From Eledone cirrhosa (Eukaryota): a stretch of DNA of 64,000 bases. The notes beneath the pieces are model-generated. The model was not told the DNA's origin. It saw only the letters and a program-made list of their open reading frames with translations, and did no database searches. Positions 46,001 through 61,000 of the stretch are shown here, one piece after another. Each line of letters opens with the position of its first letter. The stretch's first letter is position 1. The stretch spans positions 116,684,001-116,748,000 of the forward strand of contig OZ024744.1 in the NCBI GenBank assembly GCA_964016885.1, given 5' to 3'. Position numbers and translations under genes: made by a program.

Positions 46001-49000
46001 ATGTAAGATTATGACAATGTGAGATAATGACAATGTGAGATTATGACAATGTGAGATAATGACAATGTGAGATAATGACAATGTGAGATAATGACCAATG
46101 TGAGATAATGACCAATGTGAGATAATGACAAACGTGAGATAATGACCAATGTGAGATAATGACAAATGTGAGATAATGACCAATGGGAGATAATGACAAT
46201 GTGAGATAATGACCAATGTGAGATAATGACAATGTGAGATAATGACCAATGTGAGATAATGACCAATGGGAGATAATGAAAATGTTAGATAATGACCAAT
46301 GTGAGATAATGACAATGTGAGATAATGACAATGTGAGATAATGACAAAGTGAGATAATGACAATGTGAGATAATGACAATGTGAGATAATGACCAATGTG
46401 AGATAATGACAATGTGAGATAATGACAATGTGAGATAATGACAATGTGAGATAATGACCAATGTGAGATAATGACAATGTGAGATAATGACCAATGTGAG
46501 ATAATGACCAATGTGAGATAATGACAATGTGAGATAATGACCAATGTAAGATAATGACCAACATGAGATTATGACAATGTGAGATAATGACAATGTGAGA
46601 TAATGACAATGTGAGATAATGACAATGTGATATAATGACAATGTGAGATAATGACCAATGTGAGATAATGACAATGTGAGATAATGACCAATGTGAGATA
46701 ATGACCAATGTGAGATAATGACAATGTGAGATAATGACCAATGTGAGATAATGACAATGTGAGATAATGACCAATGGGAGATAATGACCAATATGAGATA
46801 ATGACAATATGAGATAATGACAATGTGAGATAATGACCAATATGAGATAATGACAATGTGAGATAATGACCAATGTGAGATAATGACCAATGTGAGATAA
46901 TGACCAATGTGAGATAATGACAATGTGAGATAATGACAATGTGAGATAATGACCAATGGGAGATAATGACCAATATGAGATAATGACAATGTGAGATAAT
47001 GACCAATGGGAGATAATGACCAATATGAGATAATGACAATGTGAGATAATGACCAATGTGAGATAATGACAATGTGAGATAATGACAATGTGAGATAATG
47101 ACCAATGTGAGATAATGACCAATGTGAGATAATGACAATGTGAGATAATGACCAATGTGATATAATGACCAATGTGAGATAATGACAATGTGAGATAATG
47201 ACCAATGTGAGATAATGACAATGTGAGATAATGACCAATGTGAGATATTGACCAACGTCAGATAATGACCAATGTGAGATAATGACCAATGTGAGATAAT
47301 GACAATGTGAGATAATGACAATGTGAGATAATGACAATGTGAGATAATGAACAATGTGAGATAATGACCAATGTGAGATAATGACAATGTGAGATAATGA
47401 CAATGTGAGATAATGACAATTTGAGATAATGACAATGTGAGATAATGACCAATGTGAGATAATGACCAATGTGAGATAATGACCAATGTGAGATAATGAC
47501 AATGTGAGATAATGACAATGTGAGATAATGAACAATGTGAGATAATGACCAATGTGAGATAATGACAATGTGAGATAATGACAATGTGAGATAATGACAA
47601 TTTGAGATAATGACAATGTGAGATAATGACAATGTGAGATAATGACCAATGTGAGATAATGAGAACGTGTGATAATGACAATGTGAGATAATGACAATGT
47701 GAGATAATGACAATGTGAGATAATGACAATGTGAGATAATGACCAGTGTGAGATAATGACAATGTGAGATAATGACAATGTGAGATAATGACAATGTGAG
47801 ATAATGACAATGTGATATAATGACAACGTGAGATAATGACAATGTGAGATAATGACAATGTGACATAATGACAATGTGAGATAATGACAATGTGAGATAA
47901 TGACCAATGTGAGAAAATGACAATGTGAGATAATGACCAATGTTAGATAATGACCAATTGGAGATAATGAACAATGTGAGATAATTACAATATGAGATAA
48001 TGACCAATGTGAGATAATGACAACGTGAGATAATGACCAATATGAGATAATGACAATATGAGATAATGACAATGTGAGATGATGACTAATGTGAGATAAT
48101 GACCAATGTGAGATAATGACAATGTGAGATAATGACCAATGTGAGATAATGACAATGTGAGATAATGACAATGTGAGATAATGACCAATGTGAGATAATG
48201 ACAATGTGAGATAATGACAATGTGAGATAATGACCAATGTGATATAATGACAATGTGAGATAATGACAATGTGAGATAATGACCAATGTGAGATAATGAC
48301 CAATGTGAGATAATGACAATGTGAGATAATGACCAATGTGAGATAATGACCAATATGAGATAATGACAATATGAGATAATGACAATGTGAGATGATGACT
48401 AATGTGAGATAATGAGCAATGTGAGATAATGACCAATGTGAGATAATGACAATGTGAGATAATGACAATGTGAGATAATGACCAATGTGAGATAATGACC
48501 AATGTGAGATAATGACAAGGTGAGATAATGACAATGTGAGATAATGACAATGTGAGATAATGACCAATGTGAGATAATGACCAATGTGAGATAATGACAA
48601 GGTGAGATAATGACAAGGTGAGATAATGACAAGGTGAGATAATGACAAGGTGAGATAATGACAATGTGAGATAATGACAAGGTGAGATAATGACAATGTG
48701 AGATAATGACCAATGTGAGATAATGAGAACGTGTGATAATGACTCATGTGAGATAATGACAATGTGAGATAATGACCAATGTGAGATAATGACCAATGCG
48801 AGATAATGACAATGTGAGGTAATGACATTGTGAGATAATGACCAATGTGAGATAATGACAATGTGAGATAATGATAATGTGAGATAATGACAATGTGAGA
48901 TAATGACCAATGTGAGATAATGACAATGTGAGATAATGACAATGTGAGATAATGACAATGTGAGATAATGACAATGTGAGATAATGAACAATGTGAGATA

Positions 49001-52000
49001 ATGACCAATGTGAGATAATGACAATGTGAGATAATGACAATGTGAGATAATGACCAATATGAGATAATGACAATGTGAGATAATGACAATGTGATATAAT
49101 GACCAATGTGAGATAATGACCAATGTGAGATAATGACCAATGTGAGATAATGACAAAGTGAGATAATGACAATGTGAGATAATGACAATGTGAGATAATG
49201 ACAATGTGAGAAAATGACAATGTGAGATAATGACAATGTGAGATAATGACAATGTGAGATAATGACCAATGTGAGATAACGACCAATGTGAGATAATGAC
49301 AATGTGAGATAATGACAATGTGAGATAATGACAATGTGAGATAATGACCAATGTGAGATAATGACCAATGTGAGATGATGACCAATGTGAGATAATGACC
49401 AATGTGAGACAATGACAATGTGAGGTAATGACAATGTGAGATAATGACAATGTGAGATAATGACAATGTGAGATAATGAGCAATGTGAGATAATTAACAA
49501 TGTGAGATAATGATAATGTGAGATAATGACAATGTGAGATAATGACAATGTGAGTTAATGACAATGTGAGATAATGACCAATGTGAGATAATAACAATGT
49601 GAGATAATGAAAATGTGAGATAATGACAATGTGAGATAATGACAATGTGAGATAATGACCAATGTGAGATAATGACCAACATGAGATAATGACCAATGTG
49701 TGATAATGACAATGTGAGATAATGACAAAGTGAGATAATGACCAATGTGAGATAATGACAACGTAAGATAATGACAATGTGAGATAATGACCAATGTGAG
49801 ATAATGACAATGTGAGATAATGACCAATATGAGATAATGACAATGTGAGATAATGACCAGTGTGAGATACTGACAATGTGAGATAATGACCAATGTGAGA
49901 TAATGACCAATGTGAGATAATGACAATGTGAGATAATGACAATGTGAGATAATGACAATGTAAGATAATGACAACGTGAGATAATGACCAATGTGAGATA
50001 ATGACAATGTGAGATAATGACCAACATGAGATAATGACAATGTGAGATAATGACCAATGTGAGATAATGACCAACGTGAGATAATGACAATGTGAGATAA
50101 TGACAATGTAAGATAATGACCAATATGAGATAATTACAATGTGAGATAATGACCAATGTGAGATAATGACCAACGTGAGATAATGACGATGTGAGATAAT
50201 GACCAATGTGAGATAATGACCAAAGTGAGATAATGACCAACGTGAGATAATGACAATGTGAGGTAATGACAATGTGAGATAATGACAATGTGAGATAATG
50301 ACAATGTGAGATAATGACAATGTGAGATAATGACAACGTGAAATAATGACAATGTGATATAATGACCAATGTGAGATAATGACAATGTGAGATAATGACC
50401 AATGTGAGATAATGACAATGTGAGATAATGACAATGTGAGATAATGACAATGTGAGATAATGACCATGTGAGATAATGACAGTGTGAGATAATGACCAAT
50501 GTGAGATAATGACCAATGTGAGATAATGACCAACGTGAGATAATGACAATGTGAGATAATGACCAATGTGAGATAATGACAATGTGAGATAATGACAATG
50601 TGAGATAATGACAATGTGAGATAATGACAATGTGAGATAATGACAGTGTGAGATAATGACCAATGTGAGATAATGACAATGTGAGATAATGACCAAAGTG
50701 AGATAATGACCAATGTGAGCTAATGACCAATGTGATATAATGACAATGTGAGATAATAACCAATGTGAGATAATGACCAATGTGAGATAATGACAATGTG
50801 AGATAATGACCAATGTGAGATAATGACCAAAGTGAGATAATGACCAAAGTGAGATAATGACCAATGTGAGATAATGACCAATGTGATATAATGACAATGT
50901 GAGATAATGACCAACGTGAGATAATGACAATGTGAGATAATGACAATGTGAGATAATGACCAAAGTGAGATAATGACAATGTGAGATAATGACCAATGTG
51001 AGATAATGACAATGTGAGATAATGACAATGTGAGATAATGACCAATGTGAGATAATGACCAATGTGAGATAATGACCAAAGTGAGATATTGACCAAAGTG
51101 AGATAATGACCAATGTGAGATAATGACCAATGTGAGATAATGACAATGTGAGATAATGACAATGTGATATAATGACAATGTGAGATAATGACCAATGTGA
51201 GATAATGACAATGTGAGATAATGACAATGTGAGATAATGACAATGTGAGATAATGACAATGTGAGATAATGACAATGTGAGATAATGACCAAAGTGAGAT
51301 AATGACAATGTGAGATAATGACCAATGTGAGATAATGACAATGTGAGATAATGACAAAGTGAGATAATGACAATGTGAGATAATGACAATGTGAGATAAT
51401 GACAATGTGAGATAATGACCAAAGTGAGATAATGACCAAAGTGAGATAATGACCAATGTGAGATAATGACCAATGTGAGATAATGACAATGTGAGATAAT
51501 GACAATGTGATATAATGACAACGTGAGATAATGACCAATGTGAGATAATGACAATGTGAGATAATGACAATGTGAGATAATGACAATGTGAGATAATGAC
51601 CAAAGTGAGATAAAGACCAAAGTGAGATAATGACCAATGTGAGATAATGACCAATGTGAGATAATGACAATGTGAGATAATGACAATGTGATATAATGAC
51701 AATGTGAGATAATGACCAACATGAGATAATGACAATGTGAGATAATGACAATGTGAGATAATGACCAACATGAGATAATGAAAATGTGAGATAATGACAA
51801 CGTGAGATAATGACAATGTGAGATAATGACAATGTGAGATAATGAGCAATGTGAGATAATGACCAATGTGAGATAATGACCAATGTGAGATAATGACAAT
51901 GTGAGATAATGACAATGTGAGATAATGACAATGTGAGATAATGACAATGTGACATAATGACAATGTGAGATTATGACAATGTGAGATAATGACAATGTGA

Positions 52001-55000
52001 GATTATGACCAATGTGAGATAATGACAATGTGAGATAATGACAATGTGAGATAATGACAATATGAGATAATGACAATGTGAGATAATGAACAATGTGAGA
52101 TAATGACAATGTGAGATAATGACCAATGTGAGATAATGACTATGTGAGATAATGACAATGTGAGATAATGACAATGTGAGATAATGACCAATATGAGATA
52201 ATGACAATGTAAGATAATGACCAATGTGAGATAATGACAATGTGAGATAATGACAATGTGAGATAATGACCAATGTGAGATAATGACAATGTGAGATAAT
52301 GACAATGTGAGATAATGACCAATGTGAGATAATGAAAATGTGAGATAATGACAATGTGAGATAATGACCAACATGAGATAATGACAATGTGAGATAATGA
52401 CAATGTGAGATAATGACCAACATGAGATAATGAAAATGTGAGATAATGACAACGTGAGATAATGACAATGTGAGATAATGACAATGTGAGATAATGAGCA
52501 ATGTGAGATAATGACCAATGTGAGATAATGACCAATGTGAGATAATGACAATGTGAGATAATGACAATGTGAGATAATGACAATGTGAGATAATGACAAT
52601 GTGAGATAATGAACAATGTGAGATAATGACAATGTGAGATAATGACCAATGTGAGATAATGACTATGTGAGATAATGACAATGTGAGATAATGACAATGT
52701 GAGATAATGACCAATATGAGATAATGACAATGTAAGATAATGACCAATGTGAGATAATGACAATGTGAGATAATGACAATGTGAGATAATGACCAATGTG
52801 AGATAATGACAATGTGAGATAATGACAATGTGAGATAATGACAATGTGAGATAATGACAATGTGAGATAATGAACAATGTGAGATAATGACAATGTGAGA
52901 TAATGACCAATGTGAGATAATGACTATGTGAGATAATGACAATGTGAGATAATGACAATGTGAGATAATGACCAATATGAGATAATGACAATGTAAGATA
53001 ATGACCAATGTGAAATAATGACAATGTAAGATAATGACAATGTGAGATAATGACAATGTGAGATAATGACAATGTGAGATAATGACCAACGTGAGATAAT
53101 GACAATGTGAGATAATGACAATGTGAGATAATGACAATGTGAGATAATGACAATGTGAGATAATGACCAAAGTGAGATAATGACAATGTGAGATAATGAC
53201 CAATGTGAGATAATGACAATATGAGATAATGACAATGTGAGATAATGACCAATGTGAGATAATGACCAATGTGAGATAATGACCAAAGTGAGATATTGAC
53301 CAAAGTGAGATAATGACCAATGTGAGATAATGACCAATGTGAGATAATGACAATGTGATATAATGACAATGTGAGATAATGACCAATGTGAGATAATGAC
53401 AATGTGAGATAATGACAATGTGAGATAATGACAATGTGAGATAATGACAATGTGAGATAATGACAATGTGAGATAATGACAATGTGAGATAATGACCAAT
53501 GTGAGATAATGACAATGTGAGATAATGACAAAGTGAGATAATGACAATGTGAGATAATGACAATGTGAGATAATGACAATGTGAGATAATGACCAAAGTG
53601 AGATAATGACCAAAGTGAGATAATGACCAATGTGAGATAATGACCAATGTGAGATAATGACAATGTGAGATAATGACAATGTGATATAATGACAACGTGA
53701 GATAATGACCAATGTGAGATAATGACAATGTGAGATAATGACAATGTGAGATAATGACAATGTGAGATAATGACCAAAGTGAGATAAAGACCAAAGTGAG
53801 ATAATGACCAATGTGAGATAATGACCAATGTGAGATAATGACAATGTGAGATAATGACAATGTGATATAATGACAATGTGAGATAATGACCAACGTGATA
53901 TAATGACAATGTGAGATAATGACAATGTGAGATAATGACCAATGTAAGATAATGACCAATGTGAGATAATGACAATGTGAGATAATGACAATGTGACATA
54001 ATGACAATGTGAGATAATGACCAATGTGAGATAATGACAATGTGAGATAATGACCAATGTGAGATAATGACCAATGTGAGATAATGACAATGTGAGATAA
54101 TGACCAATGTAAGATAATGACCAACATGAGATTATGACAATGTGAGATAATGACAATGTGAGATAATGACAATGTGAGATAATGACAATGTGATATAATG
54201 ACAATGTGAGATAATGACCAATGTGAGATAATGACAATGTGAGATAATGACCAATGTGAGATAATGACCAATGTGAGATAATGACAATGTGAGATAATGA
54301 CCAATGTGAGATAATGACAATGTGAGATAATGACCAATGGGAGATAATGACCAATATGAGATAATGACAATATGAGATAATGACAATGTGAGATAATGAC
54401 CAATATGAGATAATGACAATGTGAGATAATGACCAATGTGAGATAATGACCAATGTGAGATAATGACCAATGTGAGATAATGACCAATGTGAGATAATGA
54501 CAATGTGAGATAATGACCAATGTGATATAATGACCAATGTGAGATAATGACAATGTGAGATAATGACCAATGTGAGATAATGACAATGTGAGATAATGAC
54601 CAATGTGAGATAATGACCAATGTGAGATATTGACCAACGTCAGATAATGACCAATGTGAGATAATGACCAATGTGAGATAATGACAATGTGAGATAATGA
54701 CAATGTGAGATAATGACAATGTGAGATAATGAACAATGTGAGATAATGACCAATGTGAGATAATGACAATGTGAGATAATGACAATGTGAGATAATGACA
54801 ATTTGAGATAATGACAATGTAAGATAATGACCAATGTGAGATAATGACCAATGTGAGATAATGACCAATGTGAGATAATGACAATGTGAGATAATGACAA
54901 TGTGAGATAATGAACAATGTGAGATAATGACCAATGTGATATAATGACAATGTGAGATAATGACAATGTGAGATAATGACAATTTGAGATAATGACAATG

Positions 55001-58000
55001 TGAGATAATGACCAATGTGAGATAATGAGAACGTGTGATAATGACAATGTGAGATAATGACAATGTGAGATAATGACAATGTGAGATAATGACAATGTGA
55101 GATAATGACCAATGTGAGATAATGACAATGTGAGATAATGACAATGTGAGATAATGACAATGTGAGATAATGACAATGTGATATAATGACAATGTGAGAT
55201 AATGACAATGTGAGATAATGACAATGTGACATAATGACAATGTGAGATAATGACAATGTGAGATAATGACCAATGTGAGAAAATGACAATGTGAGATAAT
55301 GACCAATGTTAGATAATGACCAATTGGAGATAATGAACAATGTGAGATAATTACAATATGAGATAATGACCAATGTGAGATAATGACAACGTGAGATAAT
55401 GACCAATATGAGATAATGACAATATGAGATAATGACAATGTGAGATGATGACTAATGTGAGATAATGACCAATGTGAGATAATGACAATGTGAGATAATG
55501 ACCAATGTGAGATAATGACAATGTGAGATAATGACAATGTGAGATAATGACCAATGTGAGATAATGACAATGTGAGATAATGACAATGTGAGATAATGAC
55601 CAATGTGATATAATGACAATGTGAGATAATGACAATGTGAGATAATGACCAATGTGAGATAATGACCAATGTGAGATAATGACAATGTGAGATAATGACC
55701 AATGTGAGATAATGACCAATATGAGATAATGACAATATGAGATAATGACAATGTGAGATGATGACTAATGTGAGATAATGAGCAATGTGAGATAATGACC
55801 AATGTGAGATAATGACAATGTGAGATAATGACGATGTGAGATAATGACCAATGTGAGATAATGACCAATGTGAGATAATGACAAGGTGAGATAGTGACAA
55901 TGTGAGATAATGACAATGTGAGATAATGACCAATGTGAGATAATGACCAATGTGAGATAATGACAAGGTGAGATAATGACAAGGTGAGATAATGACAAGG
56001 TGAGATAATGACAAGGTGAGATAATGACAATGTGAGATAATGACAAGGTGAGATAATGACAATGTGAGATAATGACCAATGTGAGATAATGACAAGGTGA
56101 GATAATGACCAATGTGAGATATTGACAATGTGAGATAATGACAAGGTCAGATAATGACAATGTGAGATAATGACCAATGTGAGATAATGACAAGGTGAGA
56201 TAATGACAAGGTGAGATAATGACAAGGTGAGATAATGACAATGTGAGATAATGACAAGGTGAGATAATGACAATGTGAGATAATGACCAATGTGAGATAA
56301 TGAGAACGTGTGATAATGACTCATGTGAGATAATGACAATGTGAGATAATGACCAATGTGAGATAATGACCAATGCGAGATAATGACAATGTGAGGTAAT
56401 GACAATGTGAGATAATGACCAATGTGAGATAATGACAATGTGAGATAATGATAATGTGAGATAATGACAATGTGAGATAATGACCAATTTGAGATAATGA
56501 CAATGTGAGATAATGACAATGTGAGATAATGACAATGTGAGATAATGACAATGTGAGATAATGACCAATGTGAGATAATGACCAATGTGAGATAATGACA
56601 ATGTGAGATAATGACAATGTGAGATAATGACCAATATGAGATAATGACAATGTGAGATAATGACAATGTGATATAATGACCAATGTGAGATAATGACCAA
56701 TGTGAGATAATGACCAATGTGAGATAATGACAAAGTGAGATAATGACAATGTGAGATAATGACAATGTGAGATAATGACAATGTGAGAAAATGACAATGT
56801 GAGATAATGACAATGTGAGATAATGACAATGTGAGATAATGACCAATGTGAGATAACGACCAATGTGAGATAATGACAATGTGAGATAATGAGCAATGTG
56901 AGATAATTAACAATGTGAGATAATGATAATGTGAGATAATGACAATGTGAGATAATGACAATGTGAGTTAATGACAATGTGAGATAATGACCAATGTGAG
57001 ATAATAACAATGTGAGATAATGAAAATGTGAGATAATGACAATGTGAGATAATGACAATGTGAGATAATGACCAATGTGAGATAATGACCAACATGAGAT
57101 AATGACCAATGTGTGATAATGACAATGTGAGATAATGACAAAGTGAGATAATGACCAACGTGAGATAATGACAACGTAAGATAATGACAATGTGAGATAA
57201 TGACCAATGTGAGATAATGACAATGTGAGATAATGACCAATATGAGATAATGACAATGTGAGATAATGACCAGTGTGAGATAATGACAATGTGAGATAAT
57301 GACCAATGTGAGATAATGACCAATGTGAGATAATGACAATGTGAGATAATGACAATGTGAGATAATGACAATGTGAGATAATGACAACGTGAGATAATGA
57401 CCAATGTGAGATAATGACAATGTGAGATAATGACCAACATGAGATAATGACAATGTGAGATAATGACCAATGTGAGATAATGACCAACGTGAGATAATGA
57501 CAATGTGAGATAATGACAATGTAAGATAATGACCAATATGAGATAATTACAATGTGAGATAATGACCAATGTGAGATAATGACCAACGTGAGATAATGAC
57601 GATGTGAGATAATGACCAATGTGAGATAATGACCAAAGTGAGATAATAACCAACGTGAGATAATGACAATGTGAGGTAATGACAATGTGAGATAATGACA
57701 ATGTGAGATAATGACAATGTGAGATAATGACAATGTGAGATAATGACAACGTGAAATAATGACAATGTGATATAATGACCAATGTGAGATAATGACAATG
57801 TGAGATAATGACCAATGTGAGATAATGACAATGTGAGATAATGACAATGTGAGATAATGACAATGTGAGATAATGACCATGTGAGATAATGACAGTGTGA
57901 GATAATGACCAATGTGAGATAATGACCAATGTGAGATAATGACCAACGTGAGATAATGACAATGTGAGATAATGACCAACGTGAGATAATGACAATGTGA

Positions 58001-61000
58001 GATAATGACAATGTGAGATAATGACAATGTGAGATAATGACAATGTGAGATAATGACAGTGTGAGATAATGACCAATGTGAGATAATGACCAATGTGAGA
58101 TAATGACCAACGTGAGATAATGACAATGTGAGATAATGACCAATGTGAGATAATGACAATGTGAGATAATGACCAATGTGAGATAACGACCAATGTGAGA
58201 TAATGACAATGTGAGATAATGAGCAATGTGAGATAATTAACAATGTGAGATAATGATAATGTGAGATAATGACAATGTGAGATAATGACAATGTGAGTTA
58301 ATGACAATGTGAGATAATGACCAATGTGAGATAATAACAATGTGAGATAATGAAAATGTGAGATAATGACAATGTGAGATAATGACAATGTGAGATAATG
58401 ACCAATGTGAGATAATGACCAACATGAGATAATGACCAATGTGTGATAATGACAATGTGAGATAATGACAAAGTGAGATAATGACCAACGTGAGATAATG
58501 ACAACATAAGATAATGACAATGTGAGATAATGACCAATGTGAGATAATGACAATGTGAGATAATGACCAATATGAGATAATGACAATGTGAGATAATGAC
58601 CAGTGTGAGATAATGACAATGTGAGATAATGACCAATGTGAGATAATGACCAATGTGAGATAATGACAATGTGAGATAATGACAATGTGAGATAATGACA
58701 ATGTGAGATAATGACAACGTGAGATAATGACCAATGTGAGATAATGACAATGTGAGATAATGACCAACATGAGATAATGACAATGTGAGATAATGACCAA
58801 TGTGAGATAATGACCAACGTGAGATAATGACAATGTGAGATAATGACAATGTAAGATAATGACCAATATGAGATAATTACAATGTGAGATAATGACCAAT
58901 GTGAGATAATGACCAACGTGAGATAATGACGATGTGAGATAATGACCAATGTGAGATAATGACCAAAGTGAGATAATAACCAACGTGAGATAATGACAAT
59001 GTGAGGTAATGACAATGTGAGATAATGACAATGTGAGATAATGACAATGTGAGATAATGACAATGTGAGATAATGACAACGTGAAATAATGACAATGGGA
59101 TATAATGACCAATGTGAGATAATGACAATGTGAGATAATGACCAATGTGAGATAATGACAATGTGAGATAATGACAATGTGAGATAATGACAATGTGAGA
59201 TAATGACCATGTGAGATAATGACAGTGTGAGATAATGACCAATGTGAGATAATGACCAATGTGAGATAATGACCAACGTGAGATAATGACAATGTGAGAT
59301 AATGACCAACGTGAGATAATGACAATGTGAGATAATGACAATGTGAGATAATGACAATGTGAGATAATGACAATGTGAGATAATGACAGTGTGAGATAAT
59401 GACCAATGTGAGATAATGACCAATGTGAGATAATGACCAACGTGAGATAATGACAATGTGAGATAATGACCAATGTGAGATAATGACAATGTGAGATAAT
59501 GACCAAAGTGAGATAATGACCAATGTGAGATAATGACCAATGTGATATAATGACAATGTGAGATAATAACCAATGTGAGATAATGACCAATGTGAGATAA
59601 TGACAATGTGAGATAATGACCAATGTGAGATAATGACCAAAGTGAGATAATGACCAAAGTGAGATAATGACCAATGTGAGATAATGACCAATGTGATATA
59701 ATGACAATGTGAGATAATGACCAACGTGAGATAATGACAATGTGAGATAATGACAATGTGAGATAATGACAATGTGAGATAATGACAATGTGAGATAATG
59801 ACCAAAGTGAGATAATGACAACGTGAGATAATGACCAATGTGAGATAATGACAATGTGAGATAATGACAATGTGAGATAATGACCAATGTGAGATAATGA
59901 CCAATGTGAGATAATGACCAAAGTGAGATATTGACCAAAGTGAGATAATGACCAATGTGAGATAATGACCAATGTGAGATAATGACAATGTGAGATAATG
60001 ACAATGTGATATAATGACAATGTGAGATAATGACCAATGTGAGATAATGACAATGTGAGATAATGACAATGTGAGATAATGACAATGTGAGATAATGACA
60101 ATGTGAGATAATGACAATGTGAGATAATGACCAAAGTGAGATAATGACAATGTGAGATAATGACCAATGTGAGATAATGAGAACGTGTGATAATGACTCA
60201 TGTGAGATAATGAGAACGTGTGATAATGACTCATGTGAGATAATGACAATGTGAGATAATGACCAATGTGAGATAATGACCAATGCGAGATAATGACAAT
60301 GTGAGGTAATGACAATGTGAGATAATGACCAATGTGAGATAATGACAATGTGAGATAATGATAATGTGAGATAATGACAATGTGAGATAATGACCAATGT
60401 GAGATAATGACAATGTGAGATAATGACAATGTGAGATAATGACAATGTGAGATAATGACAATGTGAGATAATGACCAATGTGAGATAATGACCAATGTGA
60501 GATAATGACAATGTGAGATAATGACAATGTGAGATAATGACCAATATGAGATAATGACAATGTGAGATAATGACAATGTGATATAATGACCAATGTGAGA
60601 TAATGACCAATGTGAGATAATGACCAATGTGAGATAATGACAAAGTGAGATAATGACAATGTGAGATAATGACAATGTGAGATAATGACAATGTGAGAAA
60701 ATGACAATGTGAGATAATGACAATGTGAGATAATGACAATGTGAGATAATGACCAATGTGAGATAACGACCAATGTGAGATAATGACAATGTGAGATAAT
60801 GACAATGTGAGATAATGACCAATATGAGATAATGACAATGTGAGATAATGACAATGTGAGATAATGACCAATGTGAGATAATGACCAATGTGAGATGATG
60901 ACCAATGTGAGATAATGACCAATGTGAGACAATGACAATGTGAGGTAATGACAATGTGAGATAATGACAATGTGAGATAATGACAATGTGAGATAATGAG

